A stretch of DNA of 64,000 bases. It comes from Tubiluchus corallicola (Eukaryota; Animalia; Priapulida). This document shows positions 1 to 22,110 of the stretch, one piece after another. The notes under the pieces are model-generated. The model was not told the DNA's origin. It worked only from the letters and a program-made list of their open reading frames with translations, and searched no databases. Within the stretch, counting starts at the first letter, position 1, and the number at the start of each line of letters is the position of its first letter. Location: assembly GCA_030141605.1 (NCBI GenBank), contig JAQGDQ010000092.1, positions 372,001-436,000 of the forward strand, in the 5' to 3' direction. A program made the translations under genes and the position numbers.

Positions 1-3000
1 TTTCTGTGTCATTAAAAACAAGTTGTCAGGTCCCCACATGAAACGAAAATGCTTGGGCGTGGCTTTGCTGATGCCGCTGAGAATACTGGACCACGTATCA
101 TTCACTTTACACTACAAAATAATCCGGATTTTGGCTACATGCAGATCTCCTGAGCGCACGTACCATCCGGATGTATTTCTAGGACAGTAAGGTATTTTCT
201 GTCTAGTGTGTACGAGGTTAATGTTAAAGGCAACTAGAGTAACCCAAGCGTGACACTAAGACGTACGTAAGTGTTTATAAGTAAGTAATATGCTTAATAC
301 GAATAAACACTTGCCTCACTTAATTAAACACAGAAATACTTGATTCTATTTGGTAACCATTAAGACCTGCAACAACTATCGGTTCTGTGAGGTTCTATTC
401 AAATTTACAAGATATTTACCAGGAAAAACGTTAGGAGCTTTTTTAATATGGTTATTGATTCAAGGGCTGAAAGAGTTAAACGAAAACACGATTTAAAACT
501 TTTAGTGGGGGATGTCGTTTTGATATTCATAATAGTAGTTCATTTTTAGTAAAGAAATCGCTTGTTTCCCACTGTGATTGACGAACCGAACTTGTAATTA
601 TATCAGTATTCTTAAAGCAAAACCGGACCCAATCTTAAACTGTAAGTCAAAACAAACTACTCTTTAAAATATTGAAAGGAAACTTACTATTTTTTCAAAA
701 ATAACAAACGTAAAAGAATTACCACACAAACACAATTTCGCGTTCGCGCCACTAGTTCTTTACTGTTACATGCATTTCGCCATTCGCTAGTTAGACGGGC
801 ACTAGCGCCTGTATTTCGGAAACGCATTGCTCGAAAAACAGGTGCTGTATCTCTCAGTTCAAATGCGTTAGTGTGTGATGAACTACACACGTTCGACAGC
901 TCATGCGCGAGCACAACGGTAAATTTGAATGTTTATCGTAAAACTTGCCTAGTTTTAATACAACACACTGATTATCTTACAGTAGCACTGTACTTCAATT
1001 CTCGCTTTCCCAAACACGTGCAACACGCTCATGGAACATTTTTGCTGTTGAAAATTATGTTAGTTTGTGATGTCATCAATAGTTGGGCTCGCCCGCCGTT
1101 AATTAGCTTTCTAATCTATTATTTAATTATCAAAACCGCTTTTGCAGTATTACTTGTGTTAAAATGTATACTTTTTATCGGATTTGAAAATCGGGTAGTA
1201 TATGAAAAAGGCAGAAAAGTCATCCTGCCTTCCTTTAATATAAAAATAACCCCAGCATTTATTTCAACACAACCATCTGCTTATCTTGAACGTTTCGATC
1301 ATAACACGGTCAGGATCACGCAACAATCCACCTCGTGAGAATTTACAGCGTATAAAAATTACAAGCATTTTCATTGTCAAAAGCAAACAAAACAAACACT
1401 AATTGTATACTTACAGACCGCGTAGTACAATGTCAAATTGTACTACCCCGACACAATTCATTGGTCAGAGATTTTATTTTCATTTTAAGAATTCGTCTTC
1501 CCCATTACCACTCAGTATATCAGTATTGTTTAAAGTTTTAAGTGATGATTATTTTAGGTTCCGCCTAAAATATGTTTCCGCCTAACTACTAAACATTACT
1601 ATAACATGCGCCACTATCTTCCCTAATCCTACATCTACAGCACAAAGAATAGCTGTTGCCGTAAACACCACCAAAAACAATACAGCTGCGTTTAAGCTAT
1701 CATATTCAATGTTCGATTAGGAAAACAGACCACGTATGTTTACCATATACGATCATTTGCCCACAGCAAATTACGGTTGATTAATCAAATTCCCGTCATT
1801 TAGTTGTAAAGACTCGCAGACATACTAGATTTTATTCAATGTTTGCCCAATTTTCCAGAGTTCCCTACAATATTTGTAAAGCTCACTGGCACACTTGGTA
1901 TTAATCAGCGTTATAGAACGTTGAACATATTTTCTGAAAGCTATCTTGATTAATTTCAAACATCTTAATTTCAAGATAAATTTAAAAGGATTTCCTTGAA
2001 AAATCGAGAAACTTGAAAAAATTCTAAACTTTGCAACTGAATAATACCAGATCGAGTATACAATCTGGGGGCCATCCATTTACTAACTATCCTCTTATTC
2101 TGTCGTTTACCACTGACCATTCAACCACTCCACTTGCTCTTTTACAAAATGTTGTAGTTAATGAAAAAATTGCAAACTAGTAACTTAACAGAGTTACATT
2201 GTGAACCGGCTGTAAAGAAATGACTAGAGCATACATGACACCATTCAGAACCTTTAATAACATAATATGAACAAGCTGAAAAAGAAACTTAAAGTAAGCT
2301 AAATATAATTATCGAGTTGTTACATGAAAACTTTGCAGTTTTTATTCCAATATAATTAACAATTCTACTTCTATATTTATAATTAGCATGCTATTACATA
2401 TATAAATATACCCGGCAGTATTGACTTATAACCATGGACCTCTTCAAGGGTCTAGGCCAAGGTGAAACAGAATGTTGCTTAATGAGTACCTGGTAGTTGC
2501 CTAAATATTTCCACAAAAACATGCTTGTACATTAACATGCCAGTGGTTTGTATTTCAGTGTTAAACCGAAATGAAATTTATTAAAACCACGAAACCAAAA
2601 ACATGATTCACAACAACATGGTTACCAGTCACAAAAACTTTGGTTCTAACAAAAGTGTAAAAAATGCAGTGCATTAATGAGCATAATCAAGACCGTATTA
2701 AGAATTTAAGTAACTTATTCCCTGTATCATTTCGTTTCAGGAAGACCTTTTTGCAAGAATTCATAATTACATAAAGCACTTTGTTTTAATAAATGCTAGA
2801 ATCATTTCATTACAATAAATTAGCTAGCAGTTACTTAGTATTCTAACAGTATACAAAATTTTTTCAACATGATAACAGTGTGCATACACATTACTACATA
2901 TGTAATGATGCATAACAAGTAACGAATTTCAGTAACGAGGTGAGAATGGTGTTTTGCATTTGTCAAAACAAAAACATGAAAATAGCACTTTCATAAACTT

Positions 3001-4560
3001 AAAAGAGTACACAATGTTAACAAATTAATCCAAAAAAGCTAAAAATTACAAAGGGATATAAATCATAATAGACTTTGATAAAAATCCTTCAGGATAAAAT
3101 GAATTACGATAAAGTAGCTTAAAATAAGCCTAATGAACAACTCAGGCATTAAAAACAAAATGGCTGAGTAAGGCAACATAAACTTTATAACTTTTATAAA
3201 AAAATAACTTCACTCAAAATATTAATAATTCATCACAAAAAAATCAATACATATTTAACCAGTATAACCTAATAATTTAAATTTCTAAATTAGCACTGTT
3301 TCAAGAAAACAAAGAAAGTACTGTTCCGCTGTACATCGGTGACACAATTTTAATAATTAAATAACCGAATAATTCACCGAATGTGGCAATTTGCTTCTAG
3401 ATCTTTTTGCTTTTCCACTTCATGATGTGTGATATAGAGCTATGCCTATACATATTTCAGTGGTAAACTTAAAATTTTGTTTTCTGTCAAAATATGACTC
3501 ATGGACTCCAGACTAGAAGACAGCAGCTATTGTCTGCCAGCTGAATTTTCACAGATTGCAATGGTTCATGTGCATTAATACAATTTTTTCAATATGCAAA
3601 ATTTGTCATAATTCTTAGTACATAACACAACAAAAATGAAATGCCATCACAAACAAATTGCCTCTGTGTGCCACGTCTATATCTTTACGTCCATTAATAG
3701 TGCAGACATATGCGCTCAAAACGGCTGTACTTGCTGACAGTGCAAGTCCATTACAGTCCATTATAGGCAGTCATTTATTATTGATTCCAGTGCGATAATG
3801 AAAGTGTGACAAAGCCTTCATAGCCTTGAAGTTGGACACCAGAGAACTGATAGCCATCAAAAAAGCCTTTACACACTTTCCTGACAATCTGTTACAGTGT
3901 AAAAAACTTGTCAAAGATGTAGCTGTATGTAAAATAGCTTTTTGTGTGTAACAGTATTTCAGTGAGGTAATAGCCACAAATTCAGTAAACAACATTGTTG
4001 CTTACTAGATTACATTTTAGTACTAATTAAAATGGAATTATCAAAGATGCCATCAAAAGCTGGAAAAGATTGCCTGTATTTCAGTGACAAAATTCTTTTA
4101 AATGTGAAGATCCGTGGCTGAAACATTTAATATGAAATACAAGGCAAAAGACCTGATGACTGTGTATGTACATTTATACTTATTTAATTTTTCTCTTGAC
4201 CTAGAACTTTCAACTGCAAGAAATGATTTAAAACTTTTATGACGTGTTACATTTGCCATAGAAAACAGTGCTTTTTAATGCAACTATGTTAACTTCGTCT
4301 TTAAAGCCACAGATGTGACTAAACAACAGTAAACTCTCCATGAAGCTTCAAGAAAGCCTATAATCGATTCCCAACATTCCTAATTTTCTACGAACTTCTA
4401 ATACAGTCATTATCTTGCAACTAAATAACAGTAAGCAGTGCTTTCACCAACCAATCCAACATATTCCTAACACTGATTCTAATTCTACTACTGTGCCTGT
4501 GTCTAGCACCAGATCACGACTAGGCAGCAGCATAAAGACGTGACAGTTTTCAGGAAATTT

Positions 4561-12348
<7,788 letters not shown>

Positions 12349-13544
12349 GTTTAAATATCAATTCCAAAAGCCAATGGCTTGACACAGCGGCAGCAAAATT
12401 ACTTCAAAATAACAAAGATAGATGATTACGTACCTTCTCAAAGAATTTGTTTTATTGAGAATTATGAAATTACTTTTTATTTGTCAAACAAACAAGTGAT
12501 ATACTATATACAACCACACAATGGTTTGCTCATACTGTGAAAAAGACAAAAAAAAAACGTTGTAAGTAATTTCTTACTGAGAACAAAACAAATGGCAGAC
12601 AGATGTTACCACGGAAACAATATATATATATAATCCAGATTGACCCTAGAGTGGAAAATAGGTACCTAAAAACTAAAGACAGCTTGTGAAATTTTAAAAA
12701 CTGAACAGGCCACTGAAGCACTTTTGGGAAGAAAATCCATCCCCATCAACAGTTTGATTTTGATATTTTTTGCACATCTCACCTCATTAACACATGGCTG
12801 TGCACAAATTGGACATATACATAAAGCAGCAATTTTCAAAATTCGTCATAATGGCTTTACTTATTATTAGTGATACTGCTGTAAATGTACGCATATACGT
12901 ATCTCAACCAATTAATGGCCAATGTTCCCTAAATGGAACATCTTACTATTACTTATCCATATGCACTACTATTATGTTTAAACAGTTTTGTGTTCTTTTA
13001 GAACAGTGTTCTCAAACTGCACTACCAAATGTCACTATATATTAGTACTTTTTATAATTTCTAGAAATTAAAAAATAAGCTGAAATTCCTAAAATTTCAG
13101 AAATGGGAGTGGCTATCTAAACTTTTCTAATAATCGTAAAACATGCAACAGTAATTTTTGTGCAGCACGTAAGAAATGTCAATACATGGCTTAGCTATTC
13201 TAGCATGCAGTCATTTAGACAGACGAATTTTGATTAATTGAAATTTCTTATTATATTTAGTTGTTCCATTTAGAGACTGTTGAACATTAAATCCTTCCTT
13301 ATTTTACTTATAATCATTATATTGTCATTGATTGTTAGCAGAATTTTGTAAAAAATATAGTACAGAATATTCTAATATCTAAACAATTTCTCCAAATAGT
13401 AGCCGCAATAGGCTTCACTTTGAGAAGTAGCCATAATTTTGGCTTCACTCATGAAGTACAATATACTAACTGGTATGCAACATAGACCTAAGCTATCTAT
13501 ATGGTCTAATAAATTGGACGTATAAATTGGCAAAACTCAGCATG

Positions 13545-13745
13545 TGTGAACATGTATACAGTGAACAAAAGAAATGGCAATAACAGTTTCAGTAGGACTA
13601 ATAGCACTAACGATTGTAACAGCAATGGCAATAACTACAATACCAATGCCGGCAACTGTGTTAACAAAGGTGGTAATGGCAATAGAGGCAATTGCGATAA
13701 TATTAATGGCAACACACAGCAACAATACTGGCACTGCAACGACGA
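13545..13745. repeat. Degenerate trinucleotide low-complexity tract (AAY/GGC rich)
   Basis: Period-3 AAT/AAC/GGC repeats giving N-rich and I/A/V-rich pseudo-ORFs. Confidence 0.6.
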
Positions 13746-15703
13746 TTTAAAACTACGATGCTTAGCATGATAAGACTTTGTTACCTTACACTAGATACTT
13801 GAAACTTCTTAGACCATTACTAAGAAAAGAGTTTGATTCACTTAAAAATCACTTTTTCTGTCATTTTGCAGGGGAACAATATGAAATAATCATTCTGCAA
13901 AATGTCTCACCTATCTAAAGACTTGTTATGTCTGATGTTACTTAACTACTGAAAGTAGCACTTAAGAGAGCTATTAGGTAATTAAACTGTGAAATTCCTA
14001 AGATACTGGGACATGAACCGGTTGGTAACTAGGTTAGGTGGCAAAGCCACTTGACAGGGTAATTATAACTGGAAGACAGATTCTCAAATCAGTATGGTAA
14101 CACCAACTGTCTTTTAAAGTTTTAAACTATCATGTGAAACTTGAAATTTTAGTACTGTAGGCCAAAATCTGGGAGGATGCAAAGCAGCCAATAGTGCCAC
14201 TGCAAAAATCAATACACCATATTCAGTCATTGCTGCTATGGTGTGATTTTTTTCAATAAAACCCACTATATAGTTATTTACATGGTATTTATTTATTAAT
14301 ATATCTTACCTTGATAGCAGCAGGCATATTTATAAAACCAGATCAGCCACAATAACTGTATAATTGTGCACAAATGCTCTACTGCTGCTAAGTTCGCAAA
14401 AGAAACACTACTGGTGTTAAACCAATCGTTAAAAGGTGTAAGAATAATGTGCTGTAGTGCCACAATGTCATTGTATTTTTTTGTATATACTGTACTGTTA
14501 TATCATAATTTTGTTATTATCAGTAAACTTATTCTTTGTCAAGTAAAACAATTTTATATTTTCACACAATTCCTGATGCCAACGGAACTCAGTAAAATTA
14601 GGTAACTGACTAACTGATATGTATATCTGCCAAGGCAGATGAATAATAATAGAAAACTAACAGGAGACACTTACTGCTAACTCAGAAGCCAGTTTTGGCA
14701 TTAGTTTCCATAGAATCGCTGATTACATCTAAAAAAAGTAAGTAAGTAACTACCAGTATTACAGCAATTGCTTGATACAATATTCATTCAATTTCTTTTA
14801 AATCTCTTGCACATTAGTAATATTATTATAGAGCATATTTTAAAAAAGAGTTCATAGGGATGGAATGGTAAACAAACCACATGGTCATCCAGTCAAGCCA
14901 CCCCTTATTTACTAATAGATACATTAATGACAGTGATTAAGGAGCAGAAGAATTACAACAGGTAAAAAATTAAGTAGACCTAAGGAAAAAATACAAAAAT
15001 TTAAAAGAACATTACAAACGACAATGGTATATACACAATAACATCAAAAAGCAGGAGGAGCTGCAGCAGAACTGTTTACACGCAAAAGAGACAAATATAT
15101 TAATTACTTGATACCTATAAAGGTTAGCTGAATGTAGACTTGCCATGCTAGCTGAATAAATACTTGTATTTAAATGTCTTTCTGCCAATATGGGAGATCT
15201 TAAATGGATATAGTTGCTGCAAAAGTCACAATTACTTTCCACTGCACTGTTAAAAAGATTAAGAATTAAGTCTTATACTACATGTATGACAAGCAACTCA
15301 AGAAGAAACTGAAACTTTCGTGTTGTTTTTATTTGGTGTATAGAAGTATAGGTTTATATAAGATGTAGGGATCAGTGTTGGAAATAATAGATTTTAACAG
15401 CCAAGTCTGACTTAGATTATCCAAAGACTCTTGAATAATACAATATTGAAATTCTTTATAGCAAAAACAGTATCAATTCAGTTAGATAAAAATTAAATTA
15501 CCTACTAACAAATTTTCTAATATTTTTCTGAAGTAAATCAAGGAATAACAGGCTAATTACTAAAGATAAAAAATACTTAATAACTGCTTTTAAAATCTAT
15601 TTTGAAACTGAATAAAAAAATACTACTAATTTAGCTAATCTTAAATTTCAAACATCTTTATTTGTGAGTGACTACAGTTACAGTGACATTCTAGTGACTC
15701 TAC

Positions 15704-18700
15704 CATCATCATCATCTTCATCATCCAATGAATCATACGTCTAGGGACATGATTCTGTTCACTTCCCTATGCCAGGAATCCCTACTCGCTGCAATGCCCC
15801 AAGTGCATTTATCTCTAAGGATCAGTGCTACTGCTACCATGGATACCGTGGATATGCTCGATCCTCTTTACCACCAGTGGCGAGCAAACAGACATCAATA
15901 AAAAGTGTCTGTTTGCGAGATCAACAACACGATCAACTTGTTTTACAAATCACACCAAATATCTTTTATCTCAACTTGCCTTTACTGTTCGTCTTTAATT
16001 ATATTTTTAGTTTCAACAGCTCATTAACATACATCCTAGTCAGTAATAATTTATCTATGCTCCATTCACCTATATCTTGTGCAGATAGGCCTAACTTGTT
16101 GATAAACACAGCTTTACATTCAAAAAGATGCTCAGTAGTATCCTCTGCTACCCTGACATAAAGAACATTTCAGATCCCCTTTATACAGATTTTTAAAATT
16201 TGCTTTAACATCTACCACATTAAGTCTAATTGCCATAATATTTTTCATTTCGACTAACCTACATTTTTTGACAAACATTTGCCTTTGGAAACTTCTGCTT
16301 TTTAAAATCTCAATTTATCATAGTTTCTATTTTAGTTTTAAGTTCTTTTTCTATAAATAAATGAATTTCATTCATAGTTTTTCCATGTAGATTTGGCTAT
16401 TACATTTATATCAATATTATATTTATTCATGATGTGTTTGATTTCTGAATACCAGCATTTATTAAAGTTATTATTTATTTGCACTTTTAGAACTTGTTTT
16501 GCCATTCTTTCATCATTTCAGTTCATTAACAGATGATAATACATTAATTTTTTATAGTCTACCCTACAAATCATTGGCAAGGTTTTTCTTTCACTTAACG
16601 TTTCCCAATATGTCGTACTATCTTTTTGACATAAAATTTTTGCTAGTGCTTCTTTTTGTATACTTTCTAATTTATCTAATTCTGATTTGGTGAGATTGGT
16701 CCAAGTCTCAGCATTATTGATTATTGATTGTATTACTGTGTTTTCATACAGCACTAGCCGAATAGCTGTAACAGTAATTCCAACTTTAGATTCATTACCA
16801 ATGTTCATTATTTCTAAAATCATAAATTTCATTTTATCTTTTCTTTTTTCAAACATAAGCTGATAATTATTTTTGCTATTAAACCAATCTCTCAAGTATT
16901 TATATTCAAGAGTTTGCTTAATTTGGCCATTTTTACACTCAATATTAGTTCTTTATTGTTTCTTTTTTTTGTCATATTAGTTGCCATGTGCTTTGTTTTT
17001 TTTTAAGTTAAAGATCATCATTTTTTTGATTTTCTATTTCCCTAAAATGCTCTGCTGCCTTAATCACTAAGTCCATACTGATAACACATCATCCACATAT
17101 AAGAGGGTACCAATTTCTAAATCAGGACCAAACATTGTCACTGGATGATACTGTATACCTATTATATCGTTCATAGTTATCCCACATGGAGTTGTTCCTA
17201 TTGGCATGCCCTGCCCTGCATTTTCAGTTAGTTTAATACTTTTAGTAAATCCCCCCAGCAGGTGTGTTAATTTTGGCATTAGCTTCACAGTTGAGCTTAT
17301 AAACTAATGGTGTGTCACGAGAATTAAATCCTAATTTCCATAATTGATGGATGCAATCTTATAGCCATAATCCGTCAAAACACTTTTCAACATCACCAAA
17401 TAATACGTATAATTCTGTATTCATCAGTTTATTATAATCTAACATAGCTCTTAGTGTAAAAAGGTGATGTGATTGTCCTCTGTTTTTATGCCCTCCACAC
17501 TGCAAATTGCTGATGTTATTGTTTAATATGTCACTGTTTCTTTTTATGAGAATCCTTTCAAATAATTTGCTAATAGTTGATGTTAAGAAGTTCCCTCGTC
17601 TGTTAACCAGTTCTCTCTTTGATCCACCTCCTTTATACAGAGATTTAATCACCATTTCTTTTCATTCATTAGGTATGCTATCAGGATTGGCGTATATACA
17701 CTTGAACATTTTAACAATGCTGTCAATTAAGTCACCTCCCGCATTCATTAACATTTATTTTTCCAGTTGTATACATCTTTTGATTTTTTTAATGACTTAA
17801 TTTCATCTACCAATTCATTTTTTGTAATTGTTCTATAAACGTTATTACCTAAAACAATTTTTTGCAGCTGACTTATACTTTTATTTACCATTACTTGAGT
17901 TTCAATTTCCCTTGGAGTAGTAGCATTGATTGGTTTTAGTAGGTGCTCATAATAATTTTCAAACTCTTTTAGTATTTCGGCTGGGCTTTCTATGAAAACT
18001 CCATCAGCATTTCTAATTGATACTATATCCTCTTTCTTTTTAACTATAATCTTTTTGTAAAATTCCTAAAAGGCATTTGACTTTATTCCATTTTCTTGTC
18101 TAATCATCTGAACAGTTCTATTAGTTTTATTAACAAACTGAAATTGCTGATATTTAAATATCATTTCGATTATTCTTTGTTTTTGTACTTTTAATATTAT
18201 GCTATTTTCCGATTTTATATTCAATTCTTGTTTCAGTAATCGTTTAATTTTTCTCTTTTATTTCATTAGCAGTTTAACTACTTTCAAATTATTATTTTGC
18301 TTCATCTTTCTACATGTTGTAAAACATGTATTCATAATAGAACTAATTTCCGTTTACCATTTTGTACATTTTGATTGAATACTATCATCTTCGTCCCATA
18401 TTTTGCTTAAAGCACTTTTCTCAGTTAAGATTTTAAACTTAGTAAGATTTGCCTCATTTACTATAAATTTCTCTGGGTCCCTTTTCCTTGTCTGCTATAA
18501 ACATTTTTCCAAGTAATCCTAACCAAAATAGTGTTGTGATCACTATAAACACACTGTGTATCATTTTCTTTTTTCTTTACATAGAAAGGCCCATCGAGTT
18601 TGTCTTCATCGATGAGCATATAATCGACTGAATTAACATCATCTTCTCTCACTATCACATAATCGATAACAGATTTCTGGCTACCTTGAACTCTTGTCCA

Positions 18701-21345
18701 GAATCCTGAACAATTGTCAAGACTATTTATTAACACTAATTTTGCCTTTTTTACTAGTTCAATCAATTTTTTGCCTGCTACTGATATCTCTTTTGTATTA
18801 CCCTTGATCACTGTACCAACTTTCGCATTAAAATCACAGATTAATAGGACTTTTTCGTTTTCAATTCTTGCCTTTTTTACTTGCTCTTGAATTTTTTTGT
18901 ACATGGCATCTAAAAGATTTGCACCTGTTCTAGTTTCTTGTGGGATATATATTACTCCCATACGGATTTTAAATTTATTATTATTATTCATTAAAATGCA
19001 CAGTGTTTCACCACAATCATTTTGAAAATCCACACAAACTGTCACATTAATGAATTCTTTTAAAATAGCTAAGATGATTCCCCTCCTCTATTTAATTCTC
19101 TATTATTGTAAAAAATATGGTAACTGGGTAATTCAATGGCTTCGTTATTAAGCAAGTGCGTTTCGCGTATTGTTGTTATGACTGGATTCTTTTTATAAAC
19201 AATTTCTTTTAAGGATTCTAATTTAGATTTAATACCCCAAATATTTATATATAAAATTTTGAAATCTTTATATTTTTTCTTTTTTCTTGTTAATCTTCTT
19301 TATTTTTTCTTATTTTCCTTACGCTTATTTACTGTTGGGAATTGACTTGCTGAGCCCCCATTTGCTCCATTGGATAATATTGCCCGTGGACTTAATTCCA
19401 TATATCTCTGTTGGAGTATATATGACTTTCCACGGGATTTAGTCTTTGCATTAAAAAATTTACTTTGCTGTTCAGTCCTTCTAACTGATTTTTTCCCTTC
19501 TACTAATTATATTATCTACGTTTACTGAAAACTCATTTCTCCTTTGAAAGGGTCTTTGCCTACACATAGATCTATTTGTGTAACGTTTCTTTGGTAACTA
19601 GGTACCCAGCTTCCTTCTTCTAATTCTTTATTTTACCAATCAGTATATCTATGTCTGAATCCACAATGGTCACCTTTTGGACATTCTATCCCTTGTTCAA
19701 AGTTCCAACACAATTCTCTGCTTATGCCAGATTCCTCGGATCTATTTTTTCTATCACCACGATTTCTTTGCTCACCTGGCAAATAATAATGTCTACAATT
19801 ATAACTACACCCTCGTTCACACCATAGACCCCTTTGAAATGTGCGACACAAGAGTCTCTGTTGGGATATTCTACTCTTACGAAAGCTTCGATCTTCAATA
19901 TGCTCACCTTTTAACAAGTAATGGCGGAACTCACACTTATCTTCGAACAGGTAGTACAGCCGTTGTGCGCAGTATCTACATAATTTTTTTGCATTTGCTT
20001 GAATAATACCTTTATCACTCTCACTAATGTGATGATGATTATCCTTCACATCGTTTATATCAGCCTTTCCTTCACTATCATCATCACTTCCTTCACTGCG
20101 CATATCATCACTTATTTCCACTTTTGTCTCGTTTCATTTCTGTTACTATTAGATGCATTTTCAAATTCTAACTTTTCATTGGTCATCATCAAGTCTTCAA
20201 CATACTTGTTTATATTTGTAATAGTTCTACTGTTTTCATGTACTTGTGACACTTTCTTTTCCAACTTTATTTTGTACCTACTACATTCTTGCTTCAGTTT
20301 ATTCATTTCACTTGCATTTGACTTATTTTGATCCCACTGTTGATTTTGTGCTTTTTCATAATCTTTCTCTAAGGTGAACAGGCGTTTAGTTAATTCAGCT
20401 ATTTCTTTTTGCTACTCATTTATGTTATCTCCCAGATCAATGTTCTGTTGCAAAACATCAGCTAACTCACTTTGCAATTTAAGGATCTCACTGGAGAGAT
20501 GTTTATTGAATTCATCACACTCCTTTAGTTAAATTTTCAGTTTGTTAACAATTTTGTCTAATTGTGGTTCACCACATACGCCGGGCCATGTTGCAGCTGC
20601 TGCCTTATCAATCTTGTACTTTTTACGTCATAATCTTGGCACGAAAACTTTCTGTTCTTTATCTTAAACTATTGTAGCTGATATCCTGGAAGTTTCGTAC
20701 ACCTAATGTGAGCCCAATAAAAACAGTCTGAACACTGCATCATCTCAAAATCGTCATTCAAGCTGTTGCATATTCTGCATGTATCTTTACTCTGTACTTC
20801 TAATCCATCTTTCACAGCATCGTCACTTGTTCTTATATCTCCTTCGGCTTCATTCACATCTTCTGTAGTAGTAATATCATCATTACAACCTTCATTTTTT
20901 TCTGCAATAATGTGAACATATTCACCTATAGTTGTCGCCGTCTCTGTTAATTCAGTTTTATCACTAACCCACAAAGTGTTATTATCAGCTCTATCATTCA
21001 TGTTGGTCTGACGGGTTCAATTTAGTTTACAGCGTTTTAGGTAAAACTTAATTTGTAGCTATATATATTGGTTTTATTTTATCTACTTATTATTGCTATT
21101 TCTCAGATTCATCAAATTAGTTAATTAGGATCTTAATTTCAATCTACGCTTTAGTGCTAAGACATCACAGTGCAATAATTAGCCTATCATACAAACCCCG
21201 CCTTAAATAGCTTGACTCAGTTACACACTATTTTAAAGATTATTAGTTTTCCTTTCACTACCTTATTCTAAGGCCCTAGTGGCCGCTTCGCTCTGAGTGG
21301 AGCACCCCCGGCAGCACAGCAAACATCAAGACACAGTGAGCTCCT
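15704..21345 (-). mobile_element. Near full-length decayed non-LTR retrotransposon (LINE): ORF1 PHD, coiled coil and 3 CCCH fingers; ORF2 APE endonuclease, RT and C-terminal Cys/His motif
   Basis: APE motifs KILYINIWGIKSK, ETHL, CDFNAKVG, SVIDYVIV and SDHN at about 19270-18530. RT motifs RRGNFLTSTISKLFERI, QCGG, FGDVEKCFDGLW and LLYVDD at about 17650-17085. CSLC..TTEHLFEC at about 16170-16118. (GAT)n tail at 15704-15725. Many stops and frameshifts. The 5' boundary is approximate. Confidence 0.9.
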
Positions 21346-21849
21346 TATTAGTGGAAATATAACAAGTGCATCTTACTACCTATTCCCTTTTTATGGACTT
21401 TTGAAATCTGTCACAATAAACATTAAGGTGAGTTTACACTATAATAACTTTTAGATGAACTGGAAAAAAGTTTTTTTTTTGAATTTCTAAGATATTACCA
21501 AGACTAGATTAAACCCAAGTTCAATCAAATAGTTATTAAATAATTTAATTTACTGTACAACTAAACCACTTCAAAGAATAATTACAGTACTAACTAAATC
21601 TAGTCTTTTGTTCGTAAGCGCGAAAACTAATACGCCATATTGGATTTTAAGAATGGCATTTTACTTTACCCATTTATCACCTAACAAGTAACTTTTTTTT
21701 TAATTTTTCACTACAACAGTAAGTATTCACACAAAAATAACATTCACACTGTGCAGTAGATAGACATTTAAGTAATCAAGCTTAAAGACGAGTGATTTCA
21801 CAATTTTTGTCATTAAAAACTAATAACTATTCTAATGCGCAAAAATAGA

Positions 21850-22110
21850 TTAGAGTTTTTTCTATGTTGACTAGAACGAGTGGCACTAACAAAACGAAAA
21901 CGCTACAACTTGTGTCGTTTAAATCTAAATATGTTAACATTTGTTCTCCTGCAGGTTTTTTACCTGCTTCTATGGCTTGTTGAAGAGTTATCTTCACTGG
22001 AATATCATCAGGTAGTCTACGCACATGCTCAATCCACCTTAAACGGCGTCTTTTTATTTTATTCTGCCCTTTTACAAGTTCATTTCCAGCAAGAGGATTT
22101 ATCTTAGTCG
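21850..22110 (-). mobile_element. RTE-like LINE 3' fragment
   Basis: KRRRLRWIEHVRRLPDDIPVKITLQQAIEAGKKPAG resembles the RTE ORF2 C-terminus (RxxWxGHxxR ... G+P). Confidence 0.6.

Noticed and set aside
1-310. Coding-like stretch at the window edge (open frames on both strands, AATAAA at 302)
   Set aside because: Strand and frame are ambiguous (plus ...GPRIIHFTLQNNPDFGYMQIS* versus minus KVNDTWSSILSG...) and no family is recognisable; flanking sequence is needed.
871-1338. 155-aa ORF
   Set aside because: GTG start, no motifs, no splice support; composition typical of AT-rich non-coding DNA.
14310-14356. Candidate alternative first coding exon of the carrier (MPAAIK then GTAAG)
   Set aside because: Phase-0 donor is incompatible with phase-2 exon 2; at most a 5' UTR exon.
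21268-21345. HDV-like ribozyme at the LINE 5' end
   Set aside because: Could not build convincing P1 and P2 helices in the required order.
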